Virus record (IMG/VR): IMGVR_UViG_3300009176_000003
Span: 4,834 to 68,833 of that record
Length of the DNA: 64,000 nucleotides
Reading direction: 5' to 3' (one strand)
From: a virus
The notes below the pieces were generated by a model. The model was given only the letters and a program-made list of their open reading frames with translations. It was not told where the DNA came from and searched no databases. The first letter of the stretch is position 1. Each line of letters starts with the position of its first letter. Made by a program: the position numbers and the translations under genes. Positions 10,701-19,627 of this stretch are shown in pieces.

Positions 10701-10951
10701 GACCACGTCGCGGTGCCATCAGTAACTTGCGCCCCGCGCGTGATGGTCCAGGTCGCATCAGTGGTGTTGGCGGTGGTCCCGGCGGTCCGGCAGACAAACA
10801 CCCGCTCGTTGCCCACACTCGGCGCAGTGAATTGCCTGCACAATTGCCCGGCCGCAACCGCCGCGTTCTGCGGACGCTTGGCCACCGCGTAATACCCGGT
10901 GGTGCTCCCGTCGCCGAAGTTGCAGTACCAAACGACATCGAAGAAGGCCAT
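7772..10951 (-). CDS. Tail fibre / receptor-binding protein with two LamG/ConA-like domains
   Basis: 1059 aa; WSPADLGADLWAWW...GEFGEVII...RQKLEGYLAWKWGL and WSPTALTGLVGWWDAS...LDTYLKNKWGL; paralog of 10953-13337. Confidence 0.75.
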   Translation of the reverse strand: MAFFDVVWYCNFGDGSTTGYYAVAKRPQNAAVAAGQLCRQFTAPSVGNERVFVCRTAGTTANTTDATWTITRGAQVTDGTATWSECTGMSSVNGDAANTFSWAQMKAVGTPSLGVIIKTNSGSSYQCCTTAGTLGAAEPAFSDTAGTSTAESGGTATWRSLGVVGNFTGGQAPHARLQSVFTSTWFTSGNTVYVGDNHAETGSGTINISLASALLAKVLCHNHSGSYPPTDSNIMTGASITPGSSITFSSQGSFYFYGITFSTTSAGVFIGASAVGQVQNWYCFDNCSFWLAGIGQLIMGATSTAWGIVTFNNTTVKFGGTTGYILPYFCRFIWQNTGQILASGSSVPTTLLQQSNSSGRFNEFVLRNLDLSQLTGSLFTNASNSSIGSLIVQDCKLNAAMTITTPINSGMNVQLIRSDSAATAYKSTRVAYEGTETTETSIVRTGGAVDPNGQAQARKIVTSANAEWLRPFKSEPMAIWNSTVGSAVTATVCGTVNAGALPNNDDIWLETEYLGTSTDPKGTIVTTTKSNVLASNAAVASDSSVWATPAPWSPADLGADLWAWWKFDAMSEANGVAVATVTDSSGNSRTLTTANSPTAKTNAQNSLKALDFAGGVKYATFASASALTSGSFFAVNKGVSGDTGGICDMGSDTQNNHYTFGGTVYSDFLSNSRKTAGAVAVNIWHQVMLWSAPSDWGHAMDGTDKFTTGSNTVAGRATTSYFASDAVSTWFHGGEFGEVIILQNKPTTLNRQKLEGYLAWKWGLVASLPGGHPYKTSSPSAGWLPFKLASTITPQLPGYIHARVRVGKASATYYVDPKVTVAAYVWSPTALTGLVGWWDASVTASLNLTGSSINSVADQSGLGNTMNWESAKPTYNATGFNSTKPALVFSSAGVNVLKATSFPMSSGNTLTLWLVTTMGATGTQNYGRYFSYLGGSGGVDYGSPTSWLFAQNGTSSTQCVLYRNSTTAVATTTAYPAPHRLIATIKSDGTFTVYVDGVSAGTAASGGNWSDAGTLRIGNDPGLASQFAGPIAECGIATGYSDATTVAALDTYLKNKWGL

Positions 10952-10952
10952 G

Positions 10953-13337
10953 TCAGCTCACCACGGCCAGAGGATCGATGTAAAATGTCGAACTCGCCCT
11001 GGCGACCTTGACCTGCGGGATCAGGTAGCCGGGCAGTTGCGGGGTGAGGGTGGCGGTGAGTTTGAAGGGTAACCAAAGGTTATTGCCCCAATCGGCAAAC
11101 CCACTAGGAACAGCATTCGTAAAAACCGATGCCCCGAAATTTGCGGTGAAAATCTGCCCCGCAGCACCGCTGGTGCCACCGAAGGTTATAAACGGAACAA
11201 TCGTGCCGGCCGGAATCGTGAAACCGCCCACGTTGGTTACCGGACTGGCTGAACCACTGTTGTTCCACAGCCCACCGTTCTTGCGGAACCATACCCGGCG
11301 ATTATCAAGGTCGGCCGCAAGACAGCCCACGTCGCCCGTGACCAGACCAACCGCAAGAGTCCCCACGTTGCTGCCGGCAGCCCAGACGTTTCCTCCCGAC
11401 GTAAAACAAATTACGCCCCCCGTCCCGTTGTTACCCATGGCAGTATAAGTCGCCGCTGTCGTCGCAACCCCGAACCCCTTGTTGGTCCCGCCTGCCGTGC
11501 TGGCACTGACATTCGTCATGACAAACTCGAAATACCATTTACCGGACGTTCGACCGCCCGCAGCCATAACGTGGGCACCGCAATCCCCCGAACTGGTCGC
11601 GGTGCTGGTAACGGTGAGATTGCCGTTCGACAGCGTGACGTTGGTCGCAGTCGCGCTCTCGAACGTGTCGTTGGTCGGAGCAAGTCCGCTCCACACCGAA
11701 CTGTCCGACGCCACCGCCACCCCGGCATCCAGCACCTTGGCCTTGGTGCTGGTCGCGACCGAGCCGAGGGGGAATGTGCCCGAGCCGAGATAACTCACGT
11801 CGAGCCAGATCTCGTCGTTCAACGGCAGCGACCCCGCATTGACCGTGCCGTAGACCGTCACGGTCCTGGGCGACCCGGTGGTGGCGTTCCAGATCGAGAG
11901 TGGCTGCGCCGCGTAGGGCCGCAGCCACTGCGGGTTCGCTGTTGTAATAATCTTCCGGCTCTGTGCCTGGCTTGCAGGGTCGACGTAGCCACCCGTCCGC
12001 ACGATGGATGTCTCGGTCGTCTCGGTGGCTTCGTAGGTGATGCGCGAGGACTTGTACGACGTGGCACTGCTGTCGGAAGCGGCGAGCTGCACCGTCATCC
12101 CGGTGTTGATCGGGGTGGTGAGGGTGGTCGTGGCGTTGAGCTTGCAGTCCTTGATAGTCAGGGAGCCAATAGATGCCCCAGCCGTATTGGCGAACAAACT
12201 GCCAGTCAACTGGGACAAATCAAGAGCTTCCAACAGCACGGAGTCGATCCACCCGGAAGAGGAAATACCGCCGCTCAACAATGTTGTCGGAACACTCGAC
12301 CCACTAGCCAGCACCTGCCCGGTGTTTTTCCAAGTGAACTGGGCGAATGCGTAAAGAATATAATGGGAAACCGCCGCGAACCGGACAGTGGTGTTATTGA
12401 ACACGACGACGTTCCAAGCAGAAGCCGTCGCACTCCCCAACTGGATATAAGCCGTAGACGCAGATGTAAGCCTGAGAGCACAATTATCCAGATAGTACTC
12501 ACCCTGAACCGACGACCCCCCGAACACGACCCCGCCCGAGATCGCATCCGCAACAAAACTCAATCCATAAAAATAGAACGGTCCCGATGGGCGAATGGTT
12601 AAGTTGCCGCCCGCCGTAACGGTGATCGACGCACCCGTCGTCAACGTGCTAGGCGGGTAACTGCCAGCCGCGCTATGACAAAGCACTCTCCCCATCAAGG
12701 CATAAGTACCGGCAATGGTAATACTGGTCGCCTGCGTCTCCGCGTGGTTGTCGCCGACGTAGACGGTGTTGCCCGAGGCAAACCAGTTGGTCGCAAGCGC
12801 GTTGGCGAGACGGGCGTGGGGGGCTTGGCCTCCGGTGAAATTCCCCACAGGACCGAGACAGGTCCAGACATTGAATCCGTCATTGGTTGTTACTCCCGCC
12901 GTATCACTGAAAGCAGGTTCAGTTGCCGGCATAGTCGTCGCCGAAAACGTACACATCTGGTAACTGGCACCATTATTACGTTTCACCACAGCACCCTGTG
13001 AAGGCACCGAATTAACAAGTCGTGCAGCCGCATAAGTCAGGGTGTTGATGGCGTCCCCATTCACGGCACTCATACCAGAGCATTCGGCCCATTTTGCCGT
13101 ACCGTCGGTTATTCCCACGCCGCGCGTAGTCGACCAAGTCGCATCAGTCGTGTTGGCAGTTGTACCAGCAATAATGCAAATCCAGCAGCGTTCACCGCCG
13201 ACCGCAGGCGCGGTAAAATTACGCACAATCTGACCCGCCACCACGGCGGTGTTTTGCGGCCGCACCGGCACAGCGTAATACCCGGTCGACGTGCCGTTGC
13301 CGAAGTTGACGTACCAGGTGGTGTCGAAATACGCCAT
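10953..13337 (-). CDS. Tail fibre / receptor-binding protein with SPRY-like domain
   Basis: 794 aa; NVTLSNGNLT...SGKWYFEF...GDVGCLAADLDNRRVWFRKNG...TANFGAS. Confidence 0.75.
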   Translation of the reverse strand: MAYFDTTWYVNFGNGTSTGYYAVPVRPQNTAVVAGQIVRNFTAPAVGGERCWICIIAGTTANTTDATWSTTRGVGITDGTAKWAECSGMSAVNGDAINTLTYAAARLVNSVPSQGAVVKRNNGASYQMCTFSATTMPATEPAFSDTAGVTTNDGFNVWTCLGPVGNFTGGQAPHARLANALATNWFASGNTVYVGDNHAETQATSITIAGTYALMGRVLCHSAAGSYPPSTLTTGASITVTAGGNLTIRPSGPFYFYGLSFVADAISGGVVFGGSSVQGEYYLDNCALRLTSASTAYIQLGSATASAWNVVVFNNTTVRFAAVSHYILYAFAQFTWKNTGQVLASGSSVPTTLLSGGISSSGWIDSVLLEALDLSQLTGSLFANTAGASIGSLTIKDCKLNATTTLTTPINTGMTVQLAASDSSATSYKSSRITYEATETTETSIVRTGGYVDPASQAQSRKIITTANPQWLRPYAAQPLSIWNATTGSPRTVTVYGTVNAGSLPLNDEIWLDVSYLGSGTFPLGSVATSTKAKVLDAGVAVASDSSVWSGLAPTNDTFESATATNVTLSNGNLTVTSTATSSGDCGAHVMAAGGRTSGKWYFEFVMTNVSASTAGGTNKGFGVATTAATYTAMGNNGTGGVICFTSGGNVWAAGSNVGTLAVGLVTGDVGCLAADLDNRRVWFRKNGGLWNNSGSASPVTNVGGFTIPAGTIVPFITFGGTSGAAGQIFTANFGASVFTNAVPSGFADWGNNLWLPFKLTATLTPQLPGYLIPQVKVARASSTFYIDPLAVVS

Positions 13338-13604
13338 TTAGTAGTTCTCATGCGGCAGCAGCAGCGTGTAAGTCGAGGCGACCGAGCCGGTCACCAGCAG
13401 GTTGATCGCGTGCGCGGTCTCGCCGATCACCGGCGCGGGCGGCCCGGTGACCGCCGGCGCAGACAGGTAATTCACGTAGATCAGCTGGTGCGATACCGCG
13501 GCGGTAACGGCACCGCCAAGTTCTTTACCGACGTCGTCGGCCCACCAGGTGACGCCGTTCTCGTCGAAGAAACTGGTTCGCGCGAGGTCGTCCTCCAGGG
13601 CCAT
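13338..13604 (-). CDS. Hypothetical protein (tail module)
   Basis: 88 aa; tiles exactly between tail genes. Confidence 0.65.
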   Translation of the reverse strand: MALEDDLARTSFFDENGVTWWADDVGKELGGAVTAAVSHQLIYVNYLSAPAVTGPPAPVIGETAHAINLLVTGSVASTYTLLLPHENY

Positions 13605-13610
13605 GGGGTA

Positions 13611-15224
13611 TTACACCGCCGTGTCGCCGGAGAGTGTCCACAAGTCGGAGCCGTCGCAAGTAAGCGTGGCGCAGGAGTATTGCGCGCGCAGTTTCAACCC
13701 ATTGGCGGAACGCACGGTGACGCCGGACGCGCCGGCAAAAACAGTCTGGCCGGTGTTGACCTGCTGCACCTCGATCTTGCTGCCGGCGACCAGCCGGATG
13801 GTGTTGTCGCTGGTCTTCGGCACCGTCACGGTCTGGCCGGTGGCGCGGTCGAACAGGATCTTGGAGCTGCAGTCGTAGCCCTGCACCGAGTAAGTCGCCG
13901 CCGTCTGCGTGGTGACGCGCTGCGGCGTGACCTGCAGGTGGGTGAAATTATCCGCCCCGGCAGTGAGGTAGTCGGAGCGCTGGAAATCGCAGTAGGTGAT
14001 GGCCAGGCGCGGGTTGCCCTCGACGTAGCCGTTGATCGAGCTGCAGCTGTCCAGCGTCACATATCCCGAGCCGGACCAGAAATATCCCGAGGTCCCGAGC
14101 GTCTGGTTGCAGCCGGAAATGTGCACCGGCTGCGCCGCGCCCTGCTTGAAAAAATTCGCGCTCTCGGAGCGGCAGCCGGCCACCGAATAACTATCCTGCG
14201 CGCCGTTGATCACGTAGATGTCGCAGTCGGTCTGCGCCTGGAAGCTCACACCGTTGATGGTGTTGAACGACCCCGAGGTAACGAGAATGCCGATGGCGCA
14301 TGACGCGATGTTGCCGCCGACAATCGTGTTGTCGCAGGCGTTGTAGTTCCACGTCGAAATCCCCGCGACACTGCAGCCGCCGGTGTAGCAGTTCAGCACC
14401 ATGGTCTCCGAGCCCATGTCCTGCCCGGCCCCAATCATCAGGCCGTATTTCGGCGCGGTGTGCCCGCCGATCCCGCCGAACGTGACGTTGTGGAACGTGT
14501 TCGACTGCAGCGCACAGGTCCCAGTGTCGGAATTCGCCCAGTCGAGCTGGAACGCGATGCCGTTGGCATCGGCGGCGAACGTCAGGTTCTCGAAGCGCGA
14601 GTAGGCGCAGCCGTTGGTGCAGACCACCGCGGCGTTGGGCGAGGCGCTCTCGATGAACGTCCCCATCCGCCCGCCGCCGGTGATCAGTGCGCCCTGGGTG
14701 CTCTTGAGCCGCAGGCACGGCGTGGTGATGGTGCCGCCGCTGACGTAGGCATTGGCGAACGCACTCATCTGCAGGTCGAGATGGGTGGCGTCGATGACTG
14801 TTACAAACCAGGGAAAATTTGCCTCGGTGGTGCCAGTCACACCCACGACGTGGACGTTGTCGCCGGTGGTCAACCCCGTGGTGGAGACGGTCAGGCGTAT
14901 CAGCCCGCTGCCGTTGTTGGCGGCACCGGAGATCGCGCGCGAGGCGATGGCCGAGGAGACCTTGTAGTGCCCAACCGGGAAAAATACCGGCCGGTTGGTG
15001 TATATCAGGCTGCCGACGTCGTTGAGCCCGCCGTGCGGCGCTGCATAGGTGCCGTAGGCGAGATCGAACGCGGCTTGGATGGCGGCAGTGTCGTCGGTGG
15101 TGCCGTTGCCTGCCGCCCCCATGCTCTTGACGTTGATGACGTCGCCGAGATGGTCGCGCAGCTCGCGCGCGGCGGTCGCGTCGCGCACTTTAAATAATGC
15201 AGTATTATACGGGTCGGCGGTCAT
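13611..15224 (-). CDS. Tailspike-like beta-helix protein (pectate lyase 3-like N-terminus)
   Basis: DVINVKSMGAAGNGTTDDTAAIQAA motif followed by Asn/Cys-ladder repeats. Confidence 0.8.
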   Translation of the reverse strand: MTADPYNTALFKVRDATAARELRDHLGDVINVKSMGAAGNGTTDDTAAIQAAFDLAYGTYAAPHGGLNDVGSLIYTNRPVFFPVGHYKVSSAIASRAISGAANNGSGLIRLTVSTTGLTTGDNVHVVGVTGTTEANFPWFVTVIDATHLDLQMSAFANAYVSGGTITTPCLRLKSTQGALITGGGRMGTFIESASPNAAVVCTNGCAYSRFENLTFAADANGIAFQLDWANSDTGTCALQSNTFHNVTFGGIGGHTAPKYGLMIGAGQDMGSETMVLNCYTGGCSVAGISTWNYNACDNTIVGGNIASCAIGILVTSGSFNTINGVSFQAQTDCDIYVINGAQDSYSVAGCRSESANFFKQGAAQPVHISGCNQTLGTSGYFWSGSGYVTLDSCSSINGYVEGNPRLAITYCDFQRSDYLTAGADNFTHLQVTPQRVTTQTAATYSVQGYDCSSKILFDRATGQTVTVPKTSDNTIRLVAGSKIEVQQVNTGQTVFAGASGVTVRSANGLKLRAQYSCATLTCDGSDLWTLSGDTAV

Positions 15225-16378
15225 GCGGTCACCTCGACGGGAAACCCGCCAAACCCCTGCGCCGGCACGCCGTTGCGGTCCTGCAGCGGGATGCTACCGG
15301 GGGTGTAGCTGACCGTGCCGGGCCCGCCGGTGTAGGCCGTGCCGAACTGCAGGATGACCCGTGCGCCGTTGACCGTGACGCCGGTGGGCACGCCCGACCC
15401 GAAGTCGCCGGTCCCGATGAAGTCCCCCGGGCCGGGGCGCGAATTGTAGTCCAGCTGCACGTCGAAGAAGATGGTGATCTGCTTGTCGTTGCCGGACGTG
15501 CTGGCGGAGACGGGTTTCGGCCCCATGCCGGTGTCGGGGCGCTCGATCTCGTCGGGCAGGTTGATCGGCAGCACGGGCAGGGTCTGCATGCCCTGCGGCA
15601 GCGAGGTGAGCTGCATGCGGGTGACCGTGAGCGGCCCCGCCACACGCCCGACCACCTGCATCGGCTCGGGCGCGGCCTTGGTGTGGATCAGCTCGGTCCA
15701 CTCGTTGCGGTCGGTGCGAATCCGCCCGGTGACCGTCGTCATGGTCAGGTCGAACCGGTGCGACCCGGTACTGGTGGCAGGGGTCCGGTGCACCACGATA
15801 TTTCCGGCCGGACCGGTATACTTGCAGGAATTGGTCTTGGTGTCGGACCCGTCGGCCACCGAGAACACGCGAAACTCGTCGTCGGCAAAGCAGATATTCA
15901 AGTCGCCCAGCCCGGTGACGGTGTAGTTGATCTTCGCGTCCATCCCCAGATAGACCAGGATGTGCGCCAGCGTCGGCGTGAACGCGAAGTTGCACTGCCC
16001 GCCGGGCGAATACAGCCCGACGCCCGGCACCAGCGCCGCCGGGTCGACCTTGCCCCATTTTGAATTCGGGTCGAAGATCTGGTCGAGCGTGTAGGGCGTG
16101 CCGCTCACCGTGTACACGCCACCGACGAAGTCGAGCACGATGTCCACCGGCAGGGTCCAGCCGCCCGGCACATACCCCTCGATGAATGCCTCGGGCAGGC
16201 CCGGCAGCCAGCCCCCCGAGTCGATCACCGTCTCGACGGTGCGCGAGTCCTCGGATGTGAGCAGCCAGCTGCGGGTATGCGGCCAGGACTTGCCGCGGAT
16301 ATTGACCTTGCGCCACAGCGGATTGACCGTGCCGGGGGGCATGACGCGCACGCGCTTGCGCAGGGGGTTGTCCGGCAT
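15221..16378 (-). CDS. Hypothetical structural protein with C-terminal Ig/SwmB-like domain
   Basis: 385 aa; ITIFFDVQLD...VTVNGARVILQF...TVSYTPG..LQDRNG; ATGA-type coupling to next gene. Confidence 0.55.
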   Translation of the reverse strand: MPDNPLRKRVRVMPPGTVNPLWRKVNIRGKSWPHTRSWLLTSEDSRTVETVIDSGGWLPGLPEAFIEGYVPGGWTLPVDIVLDFVGGVYTVSGTPYTLDQIFDPNSKWGKVDPAALVPGVGLYSPGGQCNFAFTPTLAHILVYLGMDAKINYTVTGLGDLNICFADDEFRVFSVADGSDTKTNSCKYTGPAGNIVVHRTPATSTGSHRFDLTMTTVTGRIRTDRNEWTELIHTKAAPEPMQVVGRVAGPLTVTRMQLTSLPQGMQTLPVLPINLPDEIERPDTGMGPKPVSASTSGNDKQITIFFDVQLDYNSRPGPGDFIGTGDFGSGVPTGVTVNGARVILQFGTAYTGGPGTVSYTPGSIPLQDRNGVPAQGFGGFPVEVTA

Positions 16379-16381
16379 GGG

Positions 16382-16840
16382 TCAACTCACCGGGTCGTCG
16401 AGGTCGGGGCACTGCATCAGCAGCTCTACCAGGTCCGCGAGCGCCAGGCGCTTGGTGGTGAACACCGCGTGGTGGTCGTGGAAACGGGCGTACAGGAGGT
16501 CGGGCAGGCGCTGTTTGGCGGGAGCATCGGGATTATCGGGCCCGGGCGCGGTGTCGGCGAGCTGCTGGCGCTTGTCGAGCACGGTGACGGCACGGCCGAG
16601 CGTCACCGCGCGGTCCATGGCGGCGGTCTCCCCGGCCAGGTCGTTGCACAGCTCCAGCACGTCAGTGAAGAAGTCACGCTCGACCTGGCGGTCGTAGCAG
16701 GCCAGCACGACGAGAGAAGTCAGCAGCTGCAGCGTGTGTGGCGTGCAGGGGCGCTCGACGTCACGCAGGCGCGCGAGCAGCCGCCGCTCGTCCACCGGAG
16801 GGTACGACTGGTAGGGCAGGGCGGGCTGGTCGTGCACCAT
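16382..16840 (-). CDS. Hypothetical protein
   Basis: ORF tiles within the - strand block; start uncertain (16840 or 16864). Confidence 0.55.
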   Translation of the reverse strand: MVHDQPALPYQSYPPVDERRLLARLRDVERPCTPHTLQLLTSLVVLACYDRQVERDFFTDVLELCNDLAGETAAMDRAVTLGRAVTVLDKRQQLADTAPGPDNPDAPAKQRLPDLLYARFHDHHAVFTTKRLALADLVELLMQCPDLDDPVS

Positions 16841-17498
16841 GAGCCGAGCTTCCCATGCCGGCATCTAACATTTGGTAAACCATGTCCTTGACGCCGGGGT
16901 CGAGGAAATACCCCTTGCCCCACGACGTGCGGATCTGCACCGGCACCGCCAGCTCGTTGCTGTGGGCGTGCAGGGTCATCTTCTTGCGCAGCTTACATAT
17001 CATCACGTCGACCATCTTGACGTCTGTCACCTCCTCCTGGGCAGGGCGTATTGCGCGGGTGGCACGCTGCGACTCGATCACGGCGTGCAGCTTCTCCTTG
17101 TCGGCAAAGAGGCATTTCAGCAAGACAGCGAGAAACCCGGCCTCCAGGTTGGTCAGCCGGAACGTATGCCGGCAGAGAAACTCGACGTCCTGCGACGGCA
17201 AGGTCGACGCGACGGTTACCGTCGCGGTATTGCGCGGGCGCGGCAGCGGCAGCGCGGGCGCGGGACTGCGGTCGGCGGGGGACTGGGCGGGGGGCCAGTC
17301 GGGGCGCGGCACCTCGGTGATCGCGCCGAGCCGCTTGGCGCGGGTGAGATAGTGCAGCACCCTGTCATAAGGCAGCCGCAAAGTGCGGGCGATGGCGGCG
17401 ACCGGCACGCCCTCGGCGGCGGCACGCACCGCTATTGCAATAAACTCGGTCGGGGGCGGGGCATCGGGATCGGGCAGCGCGGCAGCGTACGTCGCCAT
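16761..17498 (-). CDS. Transcription regulator: N-terminal HTH-like region plus CtrA-like OmpR/PhoB winged-helix domain, no receiver domain
   Basis: FRLTNLEAGFLAVLL...DVKMVDVMICKLRKKM...IRTSWGKGYFLDP resembles recalled CtrA ELKIIDVFICKLRKKL...IETVWGRGYVLRDP. Confidence 0.8.
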   Translation of the reverse strand: MATYAAALPDPDAPPPTEFIAIAVRAAAEGVPVAAIARTLRLPYDRVLHYLTRAKRLGAITEVPRPDWPPAQSPADRSPAPALPLPRPRNTATVTVASTLPSQDVEFLCRHTFRLTNLEAGFLAVLLKCLFADKEKLHAVIESQRATRAIRPAQEEVTDVKMVDVMICKLRKKMTLHAHSNELAVPVQIRTSWGKGYFLDPGVKDMVYQMLDAGMGSSAHGARPARPALPVVPSGGRAAAARAPA

Positions 17499-17634
17499 GG
17501 GGGACCAACTCTTCCGGGAGCGCTGGCACCTATGGCGGCGGCACGGGGGCGAATTGCGGCCGGCAGGCGCGGGTGATTCGTGCCTCTTGTACCGATATGA
17601 CGTTAGGGCTGCAACTGCCTGTCGTATAGGCGAC

Positions 17635-17883
17635 TTATCCTTCTCGCTGCGCCTGGCCGGACGGCATCGGGTTTGGAGTGTCCTTGAGCAGCCGCACCGC
17701 GCGGGTCCACAGCCCGATCAGGTTCTGCAGGTTGTCGCCGGACGGGTCGCAGAAGAACTTCTCGGTATAATCATCGAGATTCTGCCGCACGGTGACGAAG
17801 AGATACCTGGTGGTGCCGTCCTGCGAGAGCGTGGCGGCAGCACTGAGCTGGTCGACGAGGGGCTGGCTCTGGTCGTACTGCAT
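17635..17883 (-). CDS. Hypothetical protein
   Basis: 82 aa; GGGGA upstream of ATG. Confidence 0.55.
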   Translation of the reverse strand: MQYDQSQPLVDQLSAAATLSQDGTTRYLFVTVRQNLDDYTEKFFCDPSGDNLQNLIGLWTRAVRLLKDTPNPMPSGQAQREG

Positions 17884-18009
17884 GGGGAGTCCCCACAAGG
17901 GTCGGGTCGGGTCCCTGAACCGGCAGGGAGGCCGCGAGTTCCCGTAACATGATACTTGGGGAACTCCTAGACCGTATGACCTACAGCGTCATACCCCTAC
18001 AGCGTGTCG

Positions 18010-18357
18010 TCATGCAGGGGCGGCTAGTTTCTTGAGATACCGCTGCCGGGTGTACTCGCGTGTGCACGCCCGGCAATAGGGTGCGTGTTGCCGTTCTTTT
18101 TGGTTGCCGCATTTGGGGCAAGGGTAACTCCCGTGAACGGGAGGGTGGTAGCGTATTTGCTTGTTGTGTTTTGGGGCCTTCTCCATGATCTGGCGTGCCC
18201 AGAAGGCGTCTGCAGCGGGGCGGGCGTCAAACCATTTCACCTTGGTGGCGGCGATCTCCGCGGTCCACGGCGCGGCAGGCATGTTGGTCGAGCGGCCAAT
18301 AAAAAGCAGGGACATGGTGCGGTCGTAATACCATACGACGGGACGAGGAGATGACAC
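18010..18357 (-). CDS. Hypothetical protein with CxxC...CxxC zinc finger
   Basis: CPKCG...YCRAC; start uncertain. Confidence 0.5.
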   Translation of the reverse strand: MSSPRPVVWYYDRTMSLLFIGRSTNMPAAPWTAEIAATKVKWFDARPAADAFWARQIMEKAPKHNKQIRYHPPVHGSYPCPKCGNQKERQHAPYCRACTREYTRQRYLKKLAAPA

Positions 18358-18386
18358 GGCAGGGGGTCTCTGTATTTAATATACTG

Positions 18387-18416
18387 AATAAAACTCATGT
18401 TTTATTAGAATGTCAA
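18387..18416 (-). promoter_or_regulatory. Sigma70-like promoter with palindromic operator
   Basis: TTGACA at 18416-18411 (-) followed by inverted repeat AATAAAAC-N4-GTTTTATT (18387-18406). Confidence 0.5.
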
Positions 18417-18541
18417 CCCCATAATTACGGCACACGCTTGCCGCGCACGCAGGAGCCCCGGCGGGCCACCGTGGGGGAGGGGTCGCCTCCCCCGCGCCAG
18501 CCCGACGGGGTGCCGGGGTGTCACCCCCGGCGCGCTGCGCC

Positions 18542-18640
18542 CTAGCTCACGGTGTCACGTGACAGGGTGCAGATGATGTCGATGAGTCTAGCGTCGTCGT
18601 AACCAAACAACGCCAAACCGTCCAGCATGTCGTAGGGCAT
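18542..18640 (-). CDS. Small hypothetical protein (32 aa)
   Basis: RBS CGAAAGGA; MPYDMLDGLALFGYDDARLIDIICTLSRDTVS. Confidence 0.45.
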   Translation of the reverse strand: MPYDMLDGLALFGYDDARLIDIICTLSRDTVS

Positions 18641-18709
18641 AGGGAACGTCCTTTCGGGTTAGGGGAGCGCCGGGCGGTCGCCCGGCGCTCCCGCCGCGCT
18701 GCGCCCGGC

Positions 18710-18898
18710 CTAGGCCTTGGCCAGGGGGATAGTCGCGTTCAGGCTGATGCCCACGTCGCCGAACCGGGTGAAGCCGCCGGTGGTGGCGAGGAGGAGGGTC
18801 TTGCCCGACTTGGAGGGCTGGGCACCCTTACGGGCAGTCTCGGACACGTCGATGGTGAGGACCAGCTTGTCGCCCTTGATCTCGCCTTGGATGGACAT
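18710..18898 (-). CDS. Small hypothetical phage protein (62 aa)
   Basis: RBS AGAAAGG; MSIQGEIKGDKLVLTIDVS...PSKSGKTLLLATTGG; GC-rich codon usage. Confidence 0.8.
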   Translation of the reverse strand: MSIQGEIKGDKLVLTIDVSETARKGAQPSKSGKTLLLATTGGFTRFGDVGISLNATIPLAKA

Positions 18899-19013
18899 TG
18901 CGTAAGCCTTTCTGTGGTGAGGCACCGTTGGCGGAGCGCCGCCGGTTGCCGCTCCCGCCGCGCTGCGCCCTCCAACCACAACGCGCGCGTTGTGGCGTGG
19001 CGCGACCGCCAGT

Positions 19014-19084
19014 GGAAGCATTCACTCTGGCGCGGTGTCACCCTGTGGGACCCGCACGGGCGAGGCGGGAAGCATTCACTCTGG
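19014..19084. repeat. 17-bp direct repeat GGAAGCATTCACTCTGG x2
   Basis: 19014-19030 and 19068-19084. Confidence 0.85.
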
Positions 19085-19156
19085 TTCAATCATACCACAA
19101 GGGACCTCGCTCTGCAGGACCATACTCCTAAATGTGGTGTAATGACACCTGTATAG

Positions 19157-19195
19157 TGTGTCATCATTATACCTACATGTGTCATCATTATACCT
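19157..19195. repeat. 18-bp tandem repeat TGTGTCATCATTATACCT x2, 21-bp period
   Basis: 19157-19174 and 19178-19195. Confidence 0.85.
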
Positions 19196-19598
19196 GCAGC
19201 AGGTTGTAAAGAGGGTCAAAAAACATCAGTTCACATGCCTAGCGACAACACCGTCGACTTGTACAGTTCTTTCCATAACAACATCAATGGTTTGCCGAGA
19301 ACTGTCCGTTGGGCAGTGTTTGGGCATGCGGATTATGGAGGGAGCGTGCGTCTCTCACGTATACTTGGTTGTATGCACGCAGACCATTTTTTTTACTTTT
19401 ATATATACTCTTGGAACAAAACATAAACATAATCTAAATTATATAATGAAATCAATAGGGGTAGATTATATTCCCACGGAAGCGGGATGCCGACACGACA
19501 AGGGCCAGGTCGCTTTTTAAGTGATTACAACCAAGCCCACGTGCCACGCGCACGGCTACTCCGAACCTCTGCTGGAGAGCCGTTTTATTATGCTCAAC

Positions 19599-19627
19599 TT
19601 GCGTAATCGATACACACCAAATACAAC
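19599..19627 (+). promoter_or_regulatory. Candidate sigma70 early promoter
   Basis: TTGCGT-N17-TACAAC upstream of the first + strand gene. Confidence 0.4.

Noticed and set aside
7772-13337. Diversity-generating retroelement acting on the fibre paralogs
   Set aside because: No reverse transcriptase in the window and no adenine-specific TR/VR pair seen
16865-16879. CTAA-N7-TAAA as a CtrA box
   Set aside because: Two mismatches and inside a CDS; too weak to count
18527-19195. Repeats as a mini CRISPR array
   Set aside because: Different repeat sequences, irregular spacing, and the intervening DNA encodes ORFs
19158-19520. ORFs in the AT-rich region
   Set aside because: Atypical codon usage and no RBS; treated as non-coding
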